Positions 55,172 through 64,000 of a DNA stretch of 64,000 nucleotides are shown here, piece by piece. Positions within the stretch are counted from its first letter, which is position 1. Every line of letters begins with the position of its first letter. The stretch lies in IMG/VR virus record IMGVR_UViG_3300020469_000010. One strand, written 5' to 3'. Under the pieces are notes generated by a model. The model was not told the DNA's origin. It saw only the letters and a program-made list of their open reading frames with translations, and did not search any database. The translations under genes were made by a program, and so were the position numbers. The DNA is from a virus.

Positions 55172-57379
55172 ATGGCGACTCCTCAATTATCTCCTGGAGT
55201 ATTAATCCGAGAGGTTGATTTAACAGTTGGAAGAGCTGAGAATGTTTTAGATAATGTTGGAGCGATTGCAGCACCCTTTCAGATTGGACCCATCGATTTC
55301 CCAATTGATGTTTCCAATGAGCAAGAATTACTAGAGTTTTTTGGAAAACCAATCTCTACAGACAATCACTACGAATATTGGCTAACCGCATCATCCTTCC
55401 TATCATATGGAGGAGTTCTTAAAGTTGTAAGAACTGACGGTTCAAACTTAGTCAATGCAAACTCAAAAGTTACTAATGCAAGCACAAGAGCAACTGGTGT
55501 TGCAGATGCTAGTTTGAAGATTAAAAACCTTGATGATTACAACTTGAATCATGCAGAATCTGCTGCAAGTTATGTTTTTGGTGCCAAAACACCTGGAAAA
55601 TGGGCAAACAACCTAAAAGTTTGCTTTATCGATAGTAAAGCAGATCAGATAATTACTCTTCCTGCAGGAGCAATGTCTGACGTTGCAGTTGGATACGGTG
55701 TATCTTACGGATTCAACGGAGAAGTACTTACATCTGCTGGTAGTACCGAAGCACTAGGAAATGGAGCATTCCTAAAAGGTATTATTACCGAAAAAGACAC
55801 AAATAACAACACAATTTCAGTCAAAGTTGTTTCCCGAGTTTCTTCAGCAGGAACTGTAACAGCAATTGATTATGCAGAAAGATCTGATGTTGCATCTTTC
55901 ACTGCTGGAACTAGTGTTAATGTTCTAAACAATTCTGGTGCTGCAACAACTACGGTTGGTCTCGGTACAGTAAAAGATTGGTATGATGAACAAAAAATTG
56001 ACCTTACCAACCAAGATTTATTCTGGAAGCAAATTGCACCTAAACCAGGAACTTCTGTATATGCAGATGACAGATCTGGTAGAAATGATGAGATGCACAT
56101 CGTCGTTATCGATGACTTTGGATCTTTAACTGGTATTAAAGGTAATGTTATCGAGAAGCATTTAGGTCTTTCAAAGGCAGAGGATGCAATCTCTAATATC
56201 AATTCTCCTCAGAAAATCTACTACAAAGATTATCTCGCACTATTCTCCGAGTATGTCTATGCAGGAGACAACCCTTCTGATAATGAAACTCTTGAAGAAG
56301 TAGCACAAACTGGATTTGCTGATAATGGTGTTGCCACATCCTTTACTGGAATTAGCACTGGTGATGGTCTTTGGAGTCAAAATGCACAGGATGTCACATT
56401 CGCATCAATTGGCAACTATGTCTACTCACTAGCTGGTGGTAAAGATTACTCGGATACTTCTGGATCTATGAAGGCATCACTTGCTGACATAGCAACTTCT
56501 TACAGAGTAATTAGAAATGAAGATGAACATGCAGTTGATTACCTCTTAATGGGTCCTGGTTGTGACAGCAAGGCAGAATCTCAAGCAAAAGCACAAGCAT
56601 TAATTGCAATTGCTGAAGAAAGAAAAGACTGTATTGCGGTAATTTCACCACATCGTGCAGATGTTATTGATGTTGCTGGAGGAAGTAATGCTCAAACTAA
56701 CAACATTATTGAATTCTTCTCTCCACTAAGTTCCTCTTCTTATGCAATATTTGATAGTGGATACAAGTACATGTATGACAGGTTCAATAACAAGTTCCGT
56801 TATGTGCCTACAAATGGTGATGTTGCTGGTCTCTGTGTAAGAACTAGTATTCAATCATTCCCTTGGTTCTCTCCTGCTGGTCAGCAGAGAGGTGTTATAA
56901 ACAATGCTATCAAACTAGCATATAACCCATCCAAAGCAGAAAGAGACAAACTTTATCCTAACAGAATTAACCCAATTACCAATACTCCTGGAACTGGAAT
57001 TATCCTATTCGGTGACAAGACTGCTCTCGGTTATGCTTCCGCATTCGACAGAATTAATGTTCGTCGTCTATTCCTCACAATTGAGCAAGCACTTAAGAGT
57101 GCTGCTGATGCACAACTCTTTGAACTCAATGATGAGATCACAAGAGCAAACTTCATCAACATTGTGGAACCTTTCCTCCGTGATGTTCAAGCAAAGAGAG
57201 GTCTCTTCGGATTCCTGGTTATTTGTGATGAAACAAATAACACTCCAGATATTATTGATAACAATGAGTTTAGAGCAGACATCTTCCTGAAGCCTGCCAA
57301 GTCTATCAACTATGTAACTCTCACCTTTGTTGCCACGAGAACTGGCATCAGCTTCGATGAAGTTGCTGGTAGAGTTTGA
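55172..57379 (+). CDS. gp18: Tail sheath gp18
   Basis: LSPGVLIREVDLT; PWFSPAG; FDRINVRRLF. Confidence 0.97.
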   Translation: MATPQLSPGVLIREVDLTVGRAENVLDNVGAIAAPFQIGPIDFPIDVSNEQELLEFFGKPISTDNHYEYWLTASSFLSYGGVLKVVRTDGSNLVNANSKVTNASTRATGVADASLKIKNLDDYNLNHAESAASYVFGAKTPGKWANNLKVCFIDSKADQIITLPAGAMSDVAVGYGVSYGFNGEVLTSAGSTEALGNGAFLKGIITEKDTNNNTISVKVVSRVSSAGTVTAIDYAERSDVASFTAGTSVNVLNNSGAATTTVGLGTVKDWYDEQKIDLTNQDLFWKQIAPKPGTSVYADDRSGRNDEMHIVVIDDFGSLTGIKGNVIEKHLGLSKAEDAISNINSPQKIYYKDYLALFSEYVYAGDNPSDNETLEEVAQTGFADNGVATSFTGISTGDGLWSQNAQDVTFASIGNYVYSLAGGKDYSDTSGSMKASLADIATSYRVIRNEDEHAVDYLLMGPGCDSKAESQAKAQALIAIAEERKDCIAVISPHRADVIDVAGGSNAQTNNIIEFFSPLSSSSYAIFDSGYKYMYDRFNNKFRYVPTNGDVAGLCVRTSIQSFPWFSPAGQQRGVINNAIKLAYNPSKAERDKLYPNRINPITNTPGTGIILFGDKTALGYASAFDRINVRRLFLTIEQALKSAADAQLFELNDEITRANFINIVEPFLRDVQAKRGLFGFLVICDETNNTPDIIDNNEFRADIFLKPAKSINYVTLTFVATRTGISFDEVAGRV

Positions 57380-57415
57380 TAATACAATAAATTAAACTAA
57401 GGGAGTAAAACCAAA

Positions 57416-58066
57416 ATGGCAAACAACAATCCTTCACTTAAGAACTTATCAGCATTCAAGACAAGACTTGCTGGTGGTGGAGCTAGACCCAATCTCTTTG
57501 AGGTTGCAATTGATAAGTTTCCGGCAGAGGTCCAATCTTATTGGTTATCTGACCAGAAGATAGACTTTCGATTTATGTGCAAGGCAGCACAGCTACCAGC
57601 ATCTAATATTGCTTCAGTAGAAATTCCCTTCAGAGGTAGAACTCTGAAGGTTGCTGGAGATAGAACATTCGATACCTGGACAGTAACTGTTATCAACGAT
57701 GAAGATTTTGCTCTAAGACATGCTTTCGAAGCATGGATGAACTTACTATCCAAACTTGATAACGCAACTGGTGCTGTTAACCCAGCTTCTTACATGGTTG
57801 ACGCAAATGTCTTCCAACTTGGAAGAAGTAACAGGTTAGAAGGAACACAAGTCCGTGAAAATGTCAAGGCTCAAGGTCAAGGTTTCGGTGCTTCCGGAAG
57901 TGGAGACACTACAGTTCTAAGATCATATAAGTTTGTTGACATTTGGCCTTCTAATGTTTCTGCTATTGATGTCTCTTATGACACAACAGATGCAATTGAA
58001 GAGTTCACTGTTGAATTCCAGGTTCAATACTTTGAAATGAACGACGGTCCTGGAAACCTCCGTTAA
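57416..58066 (+). CDS. gp19: Tail tube gp19
   Basis: GGARPNLFEV; FRGR.LKVAGDRTF; IEEFTVEFQ. Confidence 0.96.
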   Translation: MANNNPSLKNLSAFKTRLAGGGARPNLFEVAIDKFPAEVQSYWLSDQKIDFRFMCKAAQLPASNIASVEIPFRGRTLKVAGDRTFDTWTVTVINDEDFALRHAFEAWMNLLSKLDNATGAVNPASYMVDANVFQLGRSNRLEGTQVRENVKAQGQGFGASGSGDTTVLRSYKFVDIWPSNVSAIDVSYDTTDAIEEFTVEFQVQYFEMNDGPGNLR

Positions 58067-58100
58067 ACTAAGATAAATAAGTAAAACGGATAATTAAATT

Positions 58101-59774
58101 ATGGCAAGACTCTTTGGATTTTCAATTGAAGATTCAGATCCAAAGTCATCCTCGATAGTCAGCCCTGTTCCTCCTAATAATGAGGACGGGGTTGATCATT
58201 ATTTGAGTACGGGATTTTTTGGTTCTTATGTAGATATTGAAGGAGTATATAAAACAGAATCTGATCTTTTAAGAAGATACAGAGAAATGTCACTTCATCC
58301 AGAAGTAGACAGTGCTATAGAAGATATCGTCAATGAAGCAATAGTTTCAGATTCTGATGATTCTCCCATTAAGATAGAATTATCAAATTTGAATGCCAGT
58401 GATGGTATTAAAAGAAAAATTAGACAAGAATTTAAAACAATTTTAGATCTCCTTGATTTCGATAAAAAATGTCATGAGATCTATAGAAACTGGTATATTG
58501 ATGGTAAACTATATTACCATAAAGTTATAGATTTAAAGAAACCTGAAGAGGGTATTCAAGAATTGCGATATATTGACGCAATGAAAATGCGTTATGTTCG
58601 TAAAACTAAAAAAGATAATAGTAATATAGGTGTAATAGTAAGGAAAAACACAGAAGATCCAATGGATTATGTGTTTCCTGAAGTAGAAGAATACTTCATG
58701 TATACACCAAAATTAAATTATCCCAATACTGCATCTGGTGGAATGAATGATGCTAAAGGTGTAAAGATTACAAAAGATGCTATTTCATATTGCACTTCTG
58801 GACTAGTAGATAGAAATAAAGGAACTACATTATCTTATTTGCATAAGGCAATTAAGTCACTCAATCAACTTAGAATGATTGAAGATTCATTAGTTATCTA
58901 CAGATTATCAAGAGCACCAGAAAGAAGAATCTTCTATATTGATGTTGGTAATCTACCTAAGCAGAAGGCAGAACAATATTTGCGTGATGTTATGAGTAGA
59001 TATCGTAACAAATTAGTATACGATGCGAACACTGGTGAGATTCGTGATGATAAAAAATACATGAGTATGCTAGAAGATTTCTGGTTGCCTCGTCGTGAAG
59101 GTGGTCGTGGTACAGAAATCACGACACTTCCTGGTGGTCAAAATCTAGGAGAAATCACTGATATTGATTATTTTAAAAAGAAATTATATAAGTCACTTAA
59201 TGTTCCACCATCAAGAATGGACGGTGATAGTGGTTTTAATCTTGGTCGTTCTTCTGAAATTCTCAGAGATGAGCTTAAATTCACCAAGTTTGTTGGACGT
59301 TTGAGAAAGAGATTCTCAAATATGTTCAATGATATGCTCAAGACTCAACTTATTCTTAAGAATATTGTTACTCCTGAAGATTGGGAGTCTATGAGTGAGC
59401 ATATTCAATATGATTTCTTATACGATAATCACTTCTCAGAACTAAAAGAATCTGAGTTGATGACGGAAAGACTTAATATGGTTGCAACTGCGGAACCATA
59501 TGTCGGTAAGTATTATTCTCAGGATTATCTAAGAAGAAAAATCCTTCGTCAAAGTGATGAGGAAATTATCGAACAAGATAAACTCATTGAAAAAGAAATC
59601 AAAGCAGGAATTATACCAGATCCTGCATCAATTGATCCACAAACAGGAATGCCACTTGCACCTAATGGTAATGATTTAGGAGATCCAATCATGGAACCCG
59701 ATATGGAATCTGACGCTGCATCTGCAGAACCACCTGAAATTAATACTAAAGATATTAATAGTGGAGAAATTTGA
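58101..59774 (+). CDS. gp20: Portal protein gp20
   Basis: YRLSRAPERRIFYIDVGNLPK; EDFWLPRREGGRGTEITTLPGG. Confidence 0.97.
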   Translation: MARLFGFSIEDSDPKSSSIVSPVPPNNEDGVDHYLSTGFFGSYVDIEGVYKTESDLLRRYREMSLHPEVDSAIEDIVNEAIVSDSDDSPIKIELSNLNASDGIKRKIRQEFKTILDLLDFDKKCHEIYRNWYIDGKLYYHKVIDLKKPEEGIQELRYIDAMKMRYVRKTKKDNSNIGVIVRKNTEDPMDYVFPEVEEYFMYTPKLNYPNTASGGMNDAKGVKITKDAISYCTSGLVDRNKGTTLSYLHKAIKSLNQLRMIEDSLVIYRLSRAPERRIFYIDVGNLPKQKAEQYLRDVMSRYRNKLVYDANTGEIRDDKKYMSMLEDFWLPRREGGRGTEITTLPGGQNLGEITDIDYFKKKLYKSLNVPPSRMDGDSGFNLGRSSEILRDELKFTKFVGRLRKRFSNMFNDMLKTQLILKNIVTPEDWESMSEHIQYDFLYDNHFSELKESELMTERLNMVATAEPYVGKYYSQDYLRRKILRQSDEEIIEQDKLIEKEIKAGIIPDPASIDPQTGMPLAPNGNDLGDPIMEPDMESDAASAEPPEINTKDINSGEI

Positions 59775-59804
59775 TAAATATCAGTACAAACACTCATTTT
59801 TAAC

Positions 59805-59975
59805 ATGGACAATTTATTAGACTTGATCATGAAGGATGAATCTCCTTCACAAATTAGTGATAAGATTAAAGATGTTCTTTTCACAAAAAGTGCAGACAAA
59901 ATTGAAAACTTGAAACCATCTATTAGCAACTCTGTTTTTGATGAAACAGAGCCTGAGGAAGAAGAGGAAGTATAA
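59805..59975 (+). CDS. Small acidic protein (56 aa), prohead core gp67-like by position
   Basis: Hand-translated; own late promoter; Glu-rich tail; lies between gp20 and gp21. Confidence 0.65.
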   Translation: MDNLLDLIMKDESPSQISDKIKDVLFTKSADKIENLKPSISNSVFDETEPEEEEEV

Positions 59976-60001
59976 ATAACTTATAAAAGCACTTTTGTAC
60001 T

Positions 60002-60271
60002 ATGGCTAGAACATTATTATTGGGAGCTGAAATAGCTTTACCAACTACCACAGGTACTGCTACTAGTTTTTCTCAAGCAACTGCAGTTAGACTTGTAAAT
60101 GATTCTTCTACAGCACGTTTGGTTACTGTAGTAGAAACTCAAAGTGGAGATGTTGTTGGTTCAATGACTCTTCCAGGTAATTCTGTTGAAATTATTGAAA
60201 AACAATATACGCATTGCGTATTTGCTGCAAACGCAGCAGTCAAAGGTGCAAAAGTAGGATTTACTGCATAA
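60002..60271 (+). CDS. Small hypothetical virion protein
   Basis: 89 aa; late promoter at 59971. Confidence 0.8.
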   Translation: MARTLLLGAEIALPTTTGTATSFSQATAVRLVNDSSTARLVTVVETQSGDVVGSMTLPGNSVEIIEKQYTHCVFAANAAVKGAKVGFTA

Positions 60272-60273
60272 CC

Positions 60274-60924
60274 ATGAAACTAATCAGAGAAGAAATCGAA
60301 AAGGTAGAAGTTATTACCGAAACAAGAAACGGTAAGAAAACTCTTTATATTAAAGGACCTTTTCTCCAAACCGAGCAACAAAACCGTAACGGTAGAGTAT
60401 ATCGTCTCAATGTAATGGAACGTGAGGTAAAACGATATAATGATGAGCATATTTCAAAAGGTCGTGCTTTAGGTGAACTCGGTCATCCGGATGGTCCAAC
60501 CATTAATCTTGATCGTGTTTCTCATAAAATTGTTTCTCTTGAGCAAAATGGAAATGACTTTATTGGTAAAGCACAAATTTTATCCACACCAATGGGTAAA
60601 ATTGCTGAGTCTCTTTTAAAAGAAGGTGTATGTCTCGGTGTTTCTTCTAGGGGTATAGGTTCTTTACGTCCTACAAAAGAAGGTTATCAAGAAGTTGGTG
60701 AAGATTTTATGTTAGCAACTGCGGCAGATATTGTTGCAGATCCATCTGCACCTGATGCATTTGTACAGGGAATTATGGAAGGAAAAGAGTGGATTTGGGA
60801 AGGAGGAATTCTTCGTGAACAATCTGCAGAGAAAATGGTAAAGAAAATTAATATTTTAGTAGATCAAAAGAAACTTGATGAGTATAAACTCAACCTATTT
60901 GATGAATTTCTTTCAAATCTTTAA
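60274..60924 (+). CDS. gp21: Prohead protease gp21
   Basis: MKLIRE; NRNGRVY; ALGELGHP; GVSSRG.GS; DIVADPSAPDA. Confidence 0.96.
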   Translation: MKLIREEIEKVEVITETRNGKKTLYIKGPFLQTEQQNRNGRVYRLNVMEREVKRYNDEHISKGRALGELGHPDGPTINLDRVSHKIVSLEQNGNDFIGKAQILSTPMGKIAESLLKEGVCLGVSSRGIGSLRPTKEGYQEVGEDFMLATAADIVADPSAPDAFVQGIMEGKEWIWEGGILREQSAEKMVKKINILVDQKKLDEYKLNLFDEFLSNL

Positions 60925-60971
60925 TTTAATAAATAAATATAGTTTTAAAAAACGGAAATCGGAGAGTTCAA

Positions 60972-62105
60972 ATGTCCCGTGATACTCAATTACAAGAAAT
61001 GGAAGCAGGCACTAAGCAATCCAAAACTGCTGTAAATGCTGGAGCAAAAGCAGCAGACCCAATGCCAACAATGTCTGATCCAGGAACCCAACTTGGTTCG
61101 GTTGAAGATCTGGGTGGCCCAACACCAGATAATTATAGACCTGATGATGAATCAGCAAAACTTAAAGAACCTGGTGCATCTTTAAAACAAGTCAAAGATG
61201 TTGTTAATAAAAGTGCTAAGCCTGCAGATGCAATGCCAAAAGGCATGAAGGAAGAAGAAGAAGTCACTGATGAAGTGGTTTCTGAAGAGGAGACTTCTGA
61301 AGAAGAAGTTGAAGTCGTATCCGAAGAAGAAACTTCTGAAGAAGAGACTGAAGTTGTTGCAGAGGAAGAATCTGTAGAAGAGTATGACATCGAAGAAGAT
61401 GTTAATGCATTGATGGGAGAAGAAGAACTCTCTGAAGAGTTTAAAGAAAAAGCAAAAACTATCTTTGAAACTGCAATCAATTCTAAGGTTGCATCAATCA
61501 AAGAAGAGTTGGAGAAGCAATATGCAGAAACATATGCTGAAGAAATTTCTGAAGCAAAAGTAGAACTTGCAGAACGTGCAGATTCTTATCTAGAGTATGT
61601 TGCTGATGAGTGGTTCAATGAGAATCAACTCGTTATTGAAAATGCACTTAAGACTGAAATGTCTGAATCCTTCATGAAAGGTATGAAGGAACTTTTTGAA
61701 GCACATTATGTAACTATCCCTGAAGAAAAATACAATGTACTAGATAGCATGGTAGAAAAACTTGATGAAATGGAGACTAAACTCAACGAGCAAATTGAGA
61801 AGAATGTTTCCCTAAACTCCCGTCTCGCAGAGGCTGTAGCAGAGGGTATTCTTGATCAAGTTTCTGATGGTCTTGCAGACACACAGAAGGAAAAGCTCGC
61901 TTCACTTGCTGAAAGTGTAGAGTTTGAAAGTGAAGCAAAATATCGTGAAAAGTTGGAAATGCTAAGAGAATCATACTTCTCTTCTAAGTCATCTTCAGCA
62001 GCAAAAACTGAGACACTATCTGAAGGTGGAGATGTTGCTCCAGCAGAAGTTACTGGATCTATGGCAGCATACCTGAAGACACTCTCTTCATTTGCTAAAA
62101 ACTGA
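60972..62105 (+). CDS. gp22: Prohead core scaffold gp22
   Basis: Glu-rich; LSEEFKEKA.TIFE; YLEYVADEW; synteny. Confidence 0.93.
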   Translation: MSRDTQLQEMEAGTKQSKTAVNAGAKAADPMPTMSDPGTQLGSVEDLGGPTPDNYRPDDESAKLKEPGASLKQVKDVVNKSAKPADAMPKGMKEEEEVTDEVVSEEETSEEEVEVVSEEETSEEETEVVAEEESVEEYDIEEDVNALMGEEELSEEFKEKAKTIFETAINSKVASIKEELEKQYAETYAEEISEAKVELAERADSYLEYVADEWFNENQLVIENALKTEMSESFMKGMKELFEAHYVTIPEEKYNVLDSMVEKLDEMETKLNEQIEKNVSLNSRLAEAVAEGILDQVSDGLADTQKEKLASLAESVEFESEAKYREKLEMLRESYFSSKSSSAAKTETLSEGGDVAPAEVTGSMAAYLKTLSSFAKN

Positions 62106-62151
62106 ATTTAATATTACTCAAACAAAACAAACACTTTATAGGTAAACCGCA

Positions 62152-63546
62152 ATGTTCAATTCCGAGCAGTTGCAGGAGAAGTGGGCACCCGTTCTCGATC
62201 ATCAGGGTCTTGATAACATTCAAGATTCCCATAAGAGAGCAGTTACCGCAGTCCTGCTAGAAAACCAAGAAAAATTCCTTAGAGAGCAGAATTCCTTTAA
62301 CAATTCTGGTTCTTTCCTCGCAGAAGCACCTGCCAACGCAGTTGGTAATGGTGGATTCACCGGAGGTGGTGTCCAAGGAAGCACCGGAGGTTTCGACCCT
62401 GTTCTGATTTCTCTAATCAGACGCTCAATGCCCAACTTGGTCGCATATGACCTCGCAGGTGTTCAGCCAATGAGTGGTCCTACTGGACTCATCTTCGCAA
62501 TGCGTTCCCGTTATACAAACCAGACTGGAACCGAAGCACTCTTCAACGAAGCAGATACCGCATTCTCCGGACAAGATTCTGGATTCGACAACGCTAACGG
62601 ATTTAGTGATGTTGCTTCCGGTATGGGTACTACCGCACAATCTGGTAGCAATCCCGGTGTTCTTAACCCAACTGCAAGTGCTGATAAACTAGCATACAAT
62701 GTTGGTCAAGGTCTAAGAACCGATGATGCAGAAGCACTAGGTGATTCTGATCATTTCAACCAGATGGCATTCTCAATCGAGAAAGTCACTGTAACCGCTA
62801 AGTCCAGAGCACTCAAAGCTGAGTACTCCTTGGAACTTGCACAAGACATCAAGGCAATCCACGGTCTCAATGCTGAGGCTGAACTCGCAAACATTCTCTC
62901 CACAGAGATTCTTGCTGAGATCAACCGTGAAGTCATCAGAACCATCTACAAGGTTGCTGAGCAAGGTGCTACCGTCAACACCGCAACTGCTGGTGAATTT
63001 GACCTAGACATCGACTCCAACGGTCGTTGGTCTGTTGAGAAGTTCAAGGGTCTTCTGTTCCAAATCGAAAGAGATGCGAACCAGATTGCACAAAGAACTC
63101 GTAGAGGAAAGGGTAACATCATCATGTGCTCCGCAGACGTTGCTTCTGCTCTAGCCATGGCTGGTGTTCTAGACTACACCCCAGCACTCAACGCAAACCT
63201 CAATGTCGATGACACTGGCAACACCTTTGCTGGTACTCTACTCGGTAAGTTCCGTGTATACATCGATCCATATTCTGCAAACAATGCTGCTAACCAGTAT
63301 TATGTTGCAGGTTATAAGGGTACTTCACCTTATGACGCAGGACTCTTCTATTGTCCTTATGTTCCTCTCCAAATGGTTCGTGCCGTTGGTGAGAACACCT
63401 TCCAGCCCAAGATTGGCTTCAAGACTCGTTACGGTCTAGTTGCTAACCCATTTGCTGAAGGTGATGCAGGTAATCAGGGTCTTGGTAGACTCCAGGTTAA
63501 CGCAAACCGTTACTACAGACGAGTAACAGTCAAGAACCTCATGTGA
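62152..63546 (+). CDS. gp23: Major capsid protein gp23
   Basis: GVQPMSGPTGLIFAMR; KSRALKAEYS.ELAQD; FQPKIGFKTRYG. Confidence 0.98.
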   Translation: MFNSEQLQEKWAPVLDHQGLDNIQDSHKRAVTAVLLENQEKFLREQNSFNNSGSFLAEAPANAVGNGGFTGGGVQGSTGGFDPVLISLIRRSMPNLVAYDLAGVQPMSGPTGLIFAMRSRYTNQTGTEALFNEADTAFSGQDSGFDNANGFSDVASGMGTTAQSGSNPGVLNPTASADKLAYNVGQGLRTDDAEALGDSDHFNQMAFSIEKVTVTAKSRALKAEYSLELAQDIKAIHGLNAEAELANILSTEILAEINREVIRTIYKVAEQGATVNTATAGEFDLDIDSNGRWSVEKFKGLLFQIERDANQIAQRTRRGKGNIIMCSADVASALAMAGVLDYTPALNANLNVDDTGNTFAGTLLGKFRVYIDPYSANNAANQYYVAGYKGTSPYDAGLFYCPYVPLQMVRAVGENTFQPKIGFKTRYGLVANPFAEGDAGNQGLGRLQVNANRYYRRVTVKNLM

Positions 63547-63566
63547 TCTTTTCACAAAGTTTTTAC

Positions 63567-63592
63567 AGGACCTCTTTGGAGGTCCTTTTTTT
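63567..63592 (+). terminator. Rho-independent terminator after gp23
   Basis: AGGACCTC-tttg-GAGGTCCT-T run. Confidence 0.9.
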
Positions 63593-63621
63593 ATGCATAT
63601 ACATACTAGAGCAGAAAAATA

Positions 63622-63795
63622 ATGATGCTAAAAACACCTAGAGATATTGTTAATGATAGACTTTCATGGTCCAGTGATGACGCAATGAAAAATCATTGTG
63701 TGTTTATTTTAGAAGAATATTTAAAAGAAGAACCAGCATTAACTGAGAAAGAATTGGAACATTCACTTAAAAATTACTTAATGGGACTGGAATAA
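63622..63795 (+). CDS. Small hypothetical protein (57 aa)
   Basis: Hand-translated; fills the gap between gp23 and gp3. Confidence 0.55.
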   Translation: MMLKTPRDIVNDRLSWSSDDAMKNHCVFILEEYLKEEPALTEKELEHSLKNYLMGLE

Positions 63796-63819
63796 ATAGA
63801 TTATCTCTAGTCTTTAAAA

Positions 63820-64000
63820 ATGTCTAATGCTTACAAAAGGCAAATACAAAACAGGAATTTTTTATCTCCGGTAGGATTTAAATTTAATCTAACCCGAGCT
63901 CCAAAAGTTTCTTTTTTCACAAATTCGGTGAATCTGCCTGGAGTAGATCTTGGTGTTGCTGTGCAACCATCATACACAAGGATGATACCAGTTCCTGGTG
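63820..64000 (+). CDS. gp3: Tail completion protein gp3 (5' part, truncated by window edge)
   Basis: NRNFLSPVGFKF...PKV.FF...NLPG..LG; late promoter at 63792. Confidence 0.88.
   Translation, partial: MSNAYKRQIQNRNFLSPVGFKFNLTRAPKVSFFTNSVNLPGVDLGVAVQPSYTRMIPVPG

Noticed and set aside
61245-61445. EEETSEEE repeats in gp22
   Set aside because: Ordinary acidic low-complexity linker of T4-type scaffold proteins.
8-63439. Remaining minus-strand and out-of-frame ORFs in the track
   Set aside because: They overlap well-supported + strand genes and show no RBS, promoter or motifs.
53475-63546. Inteins or introns in gp17, gp20, gp21 or gp23
   Set aside because: Lengths are ordinary and conserved motifs are uninterrupted.
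1-64000. tRNA, rRNA, IS/transposase and homing endonuclease genes
   Set aside because: None recognised by eye; intergenic gaps lack cloverleaf signatures (a tRNAscan-SE run would confirm).

Overview
A 64 kb segment of a T4-like myophage genome. Gene families and gene order point to a cyanomyovirus; the host is inferred, since no photosynthesis genes lie in the window. All credible protein genes are on the + strand. (1) ~1-11.1 kb is an early/accessory region of about 40 short ORFs. It is split into units by nine copies of a repeated element: a dyad GTG(C/G)..CAGT-N6/7-(A/G)(G/C)TG..CAC, a -10 box a fixed 44-45 nt downstream, and in six copies an identical 22-mer carrying the -10 and RBS. Its right end has two near-consensus minus-strand sigma70 promoters, a candidate ncRNA with DnaA-box-like sites, and a pseudoknot-led 30-aa ORF. 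(2) ~11.4-64 kb is the virion morphogenesis module, with T4-type late promoters (ATAAATA): gp25, gp6, giant gp7, gp8, a VrlC-like protein with a Pro/Lys stalk, gp13-16, a fibre/accessory island, gp17-23 and the start of gp3. The most striking observation is the 1587-aa fibre-like protein (43491-48254). By eye it contains two phycobiliprotein (globin-fold)-like domains that keep cysteines at the bilin-attachment-equivalent positions, built in a nested 'Russian-doll' architecture. All family calls come from motif recognition by eye; no searches were run.
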